Of a DNA stretch of 13,226 nt, positions 8,265 to 13,226 are shown piece by piece. The translations under genes were made by a program, and so were the position numbers. The notes under the pieces were generated by a model. That model had not been told where the DNA came from. It worked only from the letters and a program-made list of their open reading frames with translations, and did not search any database. Origin of the DNA: a virus (Duplodnaviria; Heunggongvirae; Uroviricota; Caudoviricetes). The stretch is from IMG/VR virus record IMGVR_UViG_2563366869_000004; one strand, 5' to 3'. Position 1 is the first letter of the stretch; each line of letters begins with the position of its first letter.

Positions 8265-8294
8265 ATTATATATACCGTTGTTTTGGACGCTCAA
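8265..8294 (-). promoter_or_regulatory. Candidate sigma70 promoter for the lipoprotein pair
   Basis: Minus-sense TTGAGC (-35, plus 8289-8294), 18-nt spacer, TATAAT (-10, plus 8265-8270), about 25 nt upstream of the ATG at 8235. Pattern match only. Confidence 0.35.
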
Positions 8295-8768
8295 ACAGCG
8301 AATCAGATCAAATAAAACGCACATTTGTTAACATTTACACAAAGTCTGCGTGGGATATTCTGAAAGAATATCCATAATGTGGAGAGAATCTATTGAAGTG
8401 CATGGTGCCGGGGGCCTCCCGGTGAATTCAGTACCAGCACCTGAATCCACGATTATCCCATATACCTACTCGCTGATTGCCCCTCCGCACAGGGGGATTC
8501 ACCATGCCAGTTTCTTTTAACAAACTCCCCGCAAACCAGAGAACAGTCAACCGCCTGAATTGTGAAGTATTTAAAAATTTCTCCCGCTAACTGATACCCG
8601 GCTAACAGTCTGGCGTTTTCTTTTTCAGCAACGGGAAAGCAACAACTACCACACCCGCCACCAGCACACCGTCAGCCAGCACTGACATTATCCGGCTGCT
8701 GCAATGCCATTCACAAAAACAGTAAGCAATCACTTTTTACCGTAACAGGTGATAATCCAGATATGTAT

Positions 8769-9122
8769 CTACCCCAGATGAGTAATCCGAAGTTCATCCA
8801 TACCACAGGTCCTGGCTATTCTGTTGTACTCCTGAACAAGAGCAAATAATTCTGAATTAGCAACCATGAACTCATCGCAAACCCTCTGTATAGCATCACT
8901 ATTCAGAATAATAACGTCTCTTCCCGAAAGACGATCAGGAGCACAGAACAAAACTGTCAAACGGCTGAAGGCCTTTGCTCGTGCTGCATTGACTATATCA
9001 ATACGCTGCCTAAGGATGAAACACCCCGACGCCTCATCAATATTCACTCTACCCACACCATATGAATGATAAATATTTAATGCTGAAAAAACCATTAGAC
9101 CGTATAACAAACACTCAATCAA
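8769..9122 (-). CDS. Hypothetical ORF (117 codons) of doubtful coding status
   Basis: Largest ORF between the tRNAs and the lipoprotein genes, same strand as the late operon. Starts with TTG; first in-frame ATG at 9093-9095; no convincing SD; no recognisable motif. Confidence 0.25.
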   Translation of the reverse strand: MIECLLYGLMVFSALNIYHSYGVGRVNIDEASGCFILRQRIDIVNAARAKAFSRLTVLFCAPDRLSGRDVIILNSDAIQRVCDEFMVANSELFALVQEYNRIARTCGMDELRITHLG

Positions 9123-9232
9123 TACTTAACAGAACTTTTATTTTTGACAAACATATAATGTTTTCAACAATATCCTGAGCCAGGTATATTCCAGTATAAG
9201 GCTCTGCCGGAAGGAATCTGGAAGAATGAATA

Positions 9233-9309
9233 TGGCGCGCTGTACTGGATTCGAACCAGTGACCGATTGCTTAGAAGGCAATTGCTCTGTCCGGCTGAGC
9301 TAACAACGC
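9233..9309 (-). tRNA. tRNA-Arg (anticodon UCU), phage-borne
   Basis: Minus-sense 77 nt folds as a cloverleaf: acceptor GCGTTGT/ACAGCGC (one G-U), D-arm GCTC-AGCCGGACA-GAGC, anticodon stem-loop ATTGC-CTTCTAA-GCAAT (UCU at 34-36), 5-nt variable loop, T-arm ACTGG-TTCGAAT-CCAGT, discriminator G, CCA encoded. Confidence 0.9.
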
Positions 9310-9339
9310 TGAATACCGATAATGGACCGCCATCGGGGA

Positions 9340-9357
9340 CCCCCCCCCCCCCCCCCC
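9340..9357. repeat. Homopolymeric C18 tract (G18 in the late transcript) between the two tRNA genes
   Basis: Direct count: one C at 9340 plus 17 C at 9341-9357, flanked by ggggac on the left and gca on the right. Confidence 0.9.
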
Positions 9358-9418
9358 GCACCAACAACCCTGTTATCGTGTCGTCTGCTCTTCCTGATAA
9401 GCTCATGGCGGTTTGTGA

Positions 9419-9494
9419 TGGTGGCCCTTGCTGGATTTGAACCAGCGACCTGGCGATTATGAGTCGCTCGCTCTCACCACTGAGCTAAAGGACC
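9419..9494 (-). tRNA. tRNA with CAU anticodon; closest to tRNA-Ile2 (lysidine, ileX-like), elongator Met not excluded
   Basis: Minus-sense 76 nt GGTCCTTTAGCTCAGTGGTGAGAGCGAGCGACTCATAATCGCCAGGTCGCTGGTTCAAATCCAGCAAGGGCCACCA. Acceptor GGTCCTT/AAGGGCC (one G-U), anticodon loop CTCATAA, T-loop TTCAAAT, CCA encoded. Strong resemblance to E. coli ileX as I recall it. Confidence 0.9.
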
Positions 9495-9530
9495 GGGAGC
9501 AGAATAATAACGGTCCGTAATTAATTCCGC

Positions 9531-9557
9531 AATAAAAAACCCGCTCGGTGGCGGGTT
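9531..9557 (-). terminator. tR'-like intrinsic terminator just downstream of the Q gene
   Basis: Minus-sense RNA stem AACCCGC / GCGGGUU with loop CACCGA, followed by UUUUUUAUU (plus-strand A-run 9534-9539). It sits between the pR'-like promoter and the first tRNA, as tR' does in lambdoid phages. Confidence 0.55.
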
Positions 9558-9604
9558 GTAGAAACTCTTCTAACGTCAGGTATAAAAAGCCCATCTTTAT
9601 GACG

Positions 9605-9632
9605 AATTTACCACAGATTCCGGAAAAATCAA
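9605..9632 (-). promoter_or_regulatory. pR'-like late promoter (putative Q-utilisation region)
   Basis: Minus-sense TTGATT (-35, plus 9627-9632), 16-nt spacer, TAAATT (-10, plus 9605-9610), immediately 3' of the Q-like gene stop (9638) and about 40 nt upstream of the terminator hairpin. TAAATT is the -10 I recall for lambda pR'. Confidence 0.45.
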
Positions 9633-9637
9633 CCTTG

Positions 9638-10459
9638 TTACCTAGTTACCTTTTTTAACTGCCGCTCAGCCCATGCTTCTTCAATATCAAACCGGGTCAC
9701 CAGCGCATCATAGAATTTCTTAACTGTTTTTTCCCATGACGCGCGTGTTATCTGGTTTGTCACCTCGCATATAGCATTAAATGCCTCCGTTGATGGTAGT
9801 CTTTCATAGCCACGACCACCACAACGCTGGCAGTCTCTGATAACAGGCATACCACGTTTTACCGACTCTTCACGGTGAATGGCGACACCACGCCCACGGC
9901 AATCCTTACAGGCGGTGGAAACCTCACCCTTTCCGCCACACTCCGGACAGGCAACTTTTACCACCTCCCTGACTTTTTTCCATTCTTCCCAGTAAGACGG
10001 ATACACACCTTTCGTACACTTTGCCCATACCGGCGGCTTACCATCCGGATACTGGACCTTGTTTGTAAAAACTACGCTTTCAATAAATTTTTCCCCATAG
10101 CAACAAGGGCACTGCTTTTTACTCGCTGCGCTGCGGGCATAATCCTCAAAAGCGTACGAAGCCATAATGCGCATCACTAACGGTTTTATTTCTGCCGGAA
10201 GTTTTCTCAACGCCGCCACACGATCGCACCGACTGAGTGCATAATCTGCCAGTAATTCTGTTGCCCGCGCCCTGTCATTCATACTGATGCCCATTTTCCC
10301 CAGGAACGCAGAAAACCCCATCTCAGCCCGATTCTGTGTCATGCCCTGCGCGGCCATCACATCAGTGATACTCAGCGCATCTTTTGACGTTGAGGCCGAT
10401 GCATCGGTCAGGCAAGGGGATTTTGGGGAGTAGTATTTCGGTAAATCTTCCAGTTTCAT
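9638..10459 (-). CDS. Q-like late antiterminator candidate (QuuQ-like) with cysteine-rich repeats
   Basis: 273-aa ORF whose ATG (10457-10459) overlaps the rusA stop (ATGA). It sits between rusA and the pR'/tR' pair, the canonical Q slot. Contains CPCCYGEK, CPECGGKG, CKDCRGRG and CQRCGGRG repeats. The Q call is by position and size; I could not confirm it by sequence. Confidence 0.6.
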   Translation of the reverse strand: MKLEDLPKYYSPKSPCLTDASASTSKDALSITDVMAAQGMTQNRAEMGFSAFLGKMGISMNDRARATELLADYALSRCDRVAALRKLPAEIKPLVMRIMASYAFEDYARSAASKKQCPCCYGEKFIESVVFTNKVQYPDGKPPVWAKCTKGVYPSYWEEWKKVREVVKVACPECGGKGEVSTACKDCRGRGVAIHREESVKRGMPVIRDCQRCGGRGYERLPSTEAFNAICEVTNQITRASWEKTVKKFYDALVTRFDIEEAWAERQLKKVTR

Positions 10460-10830
10460 TTTTTGACCTGCTCTTCATGCATTATGGGGTAAATCTTCAC
10501 CCCCATACGTCCACCAGATACTGGCTGACCACGAACGATATTGATTTCATCAAACTGCTCATCGTCCATTAACACTCCCGCATGCGTCAGCGCATCCAGC
10601 GGTGCTTTAAGGATATTGTCCAGGTCGCGACGACGCTTATCCGGTGGCTCTGCAATCACCTTTATCGCCAGCCTTCCGGACAGGCTTAATTTCAGCCGCT
10701 GCTGGCGAACAATAAGCGCCACAGCCCGGCGATAACGCTTTCCCTCCTCCGAGATAAAATATGTGCTGCCACGGCGTCGCCAGTAAGTGTTCACCGTCGG
10801 CGGGTAAGGTAAAACCAAATCTATGAGCAT
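10456..10830 (-). CDS. rusA: RusA Holliday-junction resolvase
   Basis: 124-aa ORF with AGAGGTGA SD 4 nt before the ATG at 10828-10830. Contains the RusA-family core DKRRRDLDNILKAPLDALTHAGVLMDDEQ (compare K-12 RusA DRRRRDLDN...KAAFDALTKAGFWLDD as I recall it). Confidence 0.85.
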   Translation of the reverse strand: MLIDLVLPYPPTVNTYWRRRGSTYFISEEGKRYRRAVALIVRQQRLKLSLSGRLAIKVIAEPPDKRRRDLDNILKAPLDALTHAGVLMDDEQFDEINIVRGQPVSGGRMGVKIYPIMHEEQVKK

Positions 10831-10842
10831 CAGTCACCTCTT

Positions 10843-11790
10843 TTACCCAAGCACGCCAGTTGCAAAGGCGTGATCAAGAAAACGAAAGATTAAATCAACC
10901 TGAGAACCATGCTTTTCTTCGAACGCCAGCGGATCCGCATGAAGCTCGTTGTGATGCTCCCGACACAGCGGTAGCGTGAAAATATCGTGAGATTTTGTCC
11001 CCATTCCGCCCTGACCATGACCAATCAGGTGATGGGGATCGTCGGCTGGCTTACCACAACACGCACACGGCTGTGTCTTCACCCAGCGTGTGTATTTCTC
11101 GTTAACCCAGCGGCGACGTTTAGGTCGTTTCATAAAAGATTCCGGAGACTCAGGATCAACGGCAATGCTTACCACCGTCTTTTCCTGTAGTGGGTGTTGT
11201 TCCTGGTGGGCGTGAGGCAACAGTGCAAGATTTTTTGTGCGCTGTTTCAGTATGCTGGTGGCGGTCTGCTCTCCCGGTACGATGTCGCTTTCACGGTACA
11301 TTGAGCGGATTTTTTCCGCACGCAACCCCAGCGAACGACGTAATACCGCTTCCGGTAGCGCGTCCGCCACCTGATTGCGGACCGCCCACCAGGATAATTC
11401 AGCCAGAGATAATTCACGCTCCTGCGTACCGCTTATTGCGTGACCGATGACGTCAATCATCCATGCTGACAGGTTTTGATGAGCAACTTGCTCGAGTGAT
11501 TCGGATGTCTGGTCACGCAGCTGGTTGTCGCAGTGCCAGCACAACACCATTGCGCCGGTACCATAACGGTGAATGACGGTTTCGCTGTGATGATAATCGC
11601 CGTGTGGCCACTGGCAGGATTTAATATGGCGCAACAGCCAGTCAGACAATGCACCAGCACCACCAGCAGCACGAATCACCCGTGCGTTACTGAAAAACGG
11701 CAGCAATGTTTTGTCTTCCACCAGCGGCTGGCGAGCGGCAGGAACGACCCCGGACGGCAGATTACGCATGCTTTTCGGTTCCGGCTCCAC
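10843..11790 (-). CDS. DUF968-family (YdfU-like) prophage protein with C-terminal HNH-like Cys/His cluster
   Basis: 315-codon ORF ending 12 nt upstream of rusA. C-terminal CACCGKPADDPHHLIGHGQGG...CREHHNELH cluster. Start is uncertain: GTG at 11790 has no SD and the first ATG at 11769 has poor context, so the gene may be 5'-truncated. Confidence 0.7.
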   Translation of the reverse strand: MEPEPKSMRNLPSGVVPAARQPLVEDKTLLPFFSNARVIRAAGGAGALSDWLLRHIKSCQWPHGDYHHSETVIHRYGTGAMVLCWHCDNQLRDQTSESLEQVAHQNLSAWMIDVIGHAISGTQERELSLAELSWWAVRNQVADALPEAVLRRSLGLRAEKIRSMYRESDIVPGEQTATSILKQRTKNLALLPHAHQEQHPLQEKTVVSIAVDPESPESFMKRPKRRRWVNEKYTRWVKTQPCACCGKPADDPHHLIGHGQGGMGTKSHDIFTLPLCREHHNELHADPLAFEEKHGSQVDLIFRFLDHAFATGVLG

Positions 11791-11812
11791 CAGTAACCGG
11801 GTATTGTGGAAT

Positions 11813-11911
11813 ATGCCATGGGATAACAGTCCATGCTTTTACAACCTGGAAGAAATTGATCGCTGGATTGAGCGCCAGGCATCAGCGAGACCAAGACGTC
11901 ATCTTACTTGA
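11813..11911 (+). pseudogene. Possible excisionase (xis) 3' remnant upstream of int
   Basis: Plus-strand frame ending TGA at 11909-11911, 20 nt before the int ATG, reads ...MPWDNSPCFYNLEEIDRWIERQASARPRRHLT*. The EEIDRWIERQ end resembles the C-terminal helix of Xis/AlpA-family proteins. The longer frame (from 11711) starts with TTG and overlaps the DUF968 N-terminus. Weak call. Confidence 0.25.
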
Positions 11912-11945
11912 CTAAAAGCCACACTAACTAATGAGAGAAGTTGAA

Positions 11946-13226
11946 ATGAAATATCCGACAGGCGTGGAAAACCATGGAGGGAAATTACGTATCTGGTTTG
12001 TTTATAAAGGCGTAAGAGTCAGGGAAAATCTGGGGGTTCCTGACACAGCAAAAAACAGGCGCGTTGCAGGTGAACTACGCGCCTCTGTTTGTTACGCAAT
12101 AAAAACTGGTGTTTTCGACTATGCAAAACAGTTTCCCTCCTCACGCAATCTGGAAAAATTTGGTGAGGCCCGACAAGATTTAACCATAAAAGAACTGGCT
12201 GAAAAATTTCTGGCACTGAAAGAAACTGAAGTCGCCAAAACATCACTCAACACATACCGTGCCGTCATCAAAAATATCCTGAGCATAATCGGTGAAAAAA
12301 ATCTTGCCTCATCGATTAATAAAGAAAAATTACTGGAGGTTCGTAAAGAGTTACTGACTGGATACCAGATCCCCAAAAGTAACTATATTGTTACACAACC
12401 AGGGAGATCGGCTGTAACTGTAAATAATTACATGACAAATCTTAACGCCGTGTTCCAGTTTGGTGTTGATAACGGTTACCTGGCAGATAATCCGTTTAAG
12501 GGGATCTCGCCATTAAAGGAATCAAGAACCATTCCGGATCCTCTTTCGCGGGAAGAATTTATCCGTCTTATCGATGCGTGCAGAAATCAGCAAGCAAAAA
12601 ATTTATGGTGTGTTTCTGTTTATACTGGCGTTCGCCCTGGTGAGCTGTGTGCACTTGGATGGGAGGACATAGATCTGAAAAATGGAACAATGATGATCAG
12701 GAGAAATTTAGCAAAAGACCGTTTCACGGTACCAAAAACACAGGCGGGAACCAATCGGGTCATTCATCTTATTAAGCCAGCAATCGACGCTCTCCGGAGT
12801 CAGATGACATTAACGAGACTGAGCAAAGAGCATATCATTGATGTTCACCTCAGAGAGTATGGCAGAACAGAAAAACATAAATGCACCTTTGTTTTTCAAC
12901 CTGAAGTGTCAGCGAGAGTAAAAAATTATGGTGACCATTTTACCGTTGACTCAATAAGGCAGATGTGGGACGCAGCGATAAAACGTGCCGGACTCCGCCA
13001 TCGAAAATCATATCAGTCGAGACATACTTATGCCTGCTGGTCGCTGACAGCTGGTGCTAACCCGGCATTTATAGCAAACCAGATGGGCCATGCAGATGCG
13101 CAAATGGTATTTCAGGTATACGGAAAATGGATGTCTGAAAACAATAATGCACAGGTAGCTTTGTTAAATACACAGTTAAGCGAGTTTGCCCCAACCATGC
13201 CCCATAACGAAGCAATGAAAAATTAA
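11946..13226 (+). CDS. int: Tyrosine site-specific integrase (lambda-integrase family)
   Basis: Full ORF to TAA at 13224-13226. Catalytic-region motifs near the C-terminus (RHTYACWSL...HADAQMVFQVYGKW). N-terminus MKYPTGVENHGGKLRIWF resembles the prophage IntR/IntS type. Start chosen at ATG 11946 (purine-rich GAGAGAAG upstream); an in-frame ATG at 11931 is the alternative. Confidence 0.9.
   Translation: MKYPTGVENHGGKLRIWFVYKGVRVRENLGVPDTAKNRRVAGELRASVCYAIKTGVFDYAKQFPSSRNLEKFGEARQDLTIKELAEKFLALKETEVAKTSLNTYRAVIKNILSIIGEKNLASSINKEKLLEVRKELLTGYQIPKSNYIVTQPGRSAVTVNNYMTNLNAVFQFGVDNGYLADNPFKGISPLKESRTIPDPLSREEFIRLIDACRNQQAKNLWCVSVYTGVRPGELCALGWEDIDLKNGTMMIRRNLAKDRFTVPKTQAGTNRVIHLIKPAIDALRSQMTLTRLSKEHIIDVHLREYGRTEKHKCTFVFQPEVSARVKNYGDHFTVDSIRQMWDAAIKRAGLRHRKSYQSRHTYACWSLTAGANPAFIANQMGHADAQMVFQVYGKWMSENNNAQVALLNTQLSEFAPTMPHNEAMKN

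Larger units (their letters stand above)
1285..13226. mobile_element. Defective Qin-like lambdoid prophage remnant (int, nin-region genes, Q, tRNAs, cargo, lysis cassette, stf-tfa); right end probably beyond the window
   Basis: Gene content and order, with late genes on one strand and int on the other. The flanking MFS gene is 5'-truncated. There are no capsid, terminase, tail-shaft, repressor or replication genes. The region 1285-3018 is AT-rich and ORF-poor. Confidence 0.8.

Noticed and set aside
8866-9069. Plus-strand 67-codon ORF antisense to the 117-codon ORF
   Set aside because: No SD; very basic, low-complexity product; runs opposite to late transcription.
9145-9175. TTGACA hexamer that might be a plus-strand promoter
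   Set aside because: No acceptable -10 element at 16-18 nt spacing, and nothing downstream on the plus strand to transcribe.
9123-9232. Possible third tRNA, as in the three-tRNA cluster of Stx phages
   Set aside because: No T-loop signature (plus-strand ttcgaa/ttcaaa-type) and no foldable cloverleaf in this interval.
8236-9232. Shiga-toxin or other known toxin genes in the tRNA-to-holin slot
   Set aside because: No ORF of suitable size or AB5-type signal-peptide pair is present; the slot holds the lipoprotein pair and non-coding leader instead.
9875-11894. Off-frame and antisense ORFs within the Q-like, rusA and DUF968 genes (9875-10180, 10384-10572, 10541-10735, 10637-10837, 10987-11190, 11190-11450, 11457-11672, 11533-11796, 11676-11894)
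   Set aside because: All overlap well-supported genes in alternative frames, with no RBS and compositionally biased products.
12019-12376. Minus-strand ORFs 12019-12246 and 12119-12376 inside int
   Set aside because: Antisense to a strongly supported integrase gene.
1-13226. CRISPR array or invertase (pin) recombination sites for tail-fibre switching
   Set aside because: No regularly spaced direct repeats anywhere in the window, and no pin gene or hix/gix-like crossover sites near stf-tfa; the second tfa fragment is in direct, not inverted, orientation.

Overview
This window is a heavily deleted, Qin-like lambdoid prophage remnant sitting next to a 5'-truncated MFS transporter gene (ydfJ-like, 1..1284, minus strand). 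The late genes all read on the minus strand. From high to low coordinates: a DUF968/YdfU-like protein, RusA resolvase, a Q-like antiterminator, a pR'/tR'-like promoter-terminator pair, two phage tRNAs (Ile2-CAU and Arg-UCU) separated by a C18 homopolymer, about 1 kb of structured leader with one doubtful ORF, a tandem pair of lipoproteins carrying TolA C-terminal (domain III)-like domains with their own promoter, RBSs and terminator, an S21-type pinholin, a YdfR-like protein, a small opposite-strand gene with a strong RBS, a SAR endolysin, an Rz-like spanin, then a 565-codon ORF that joins a lipoprotein signal peptide to a lambda-type side-tail-fibre C-terminal domain, and a lambda-like tfa. 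A tyrosine integrase on the plus strand lies only about 140 bp beyond the DUF968 gene, so the early/immunity region and the head-tail module both appear to be missing. The strongest candidate for something new is the TolA-domain-III lipoprotein pair in the slot where Stx phages carry toxin genes. All calls come from reading the sequence and from remembered family sequences; no database search was run.
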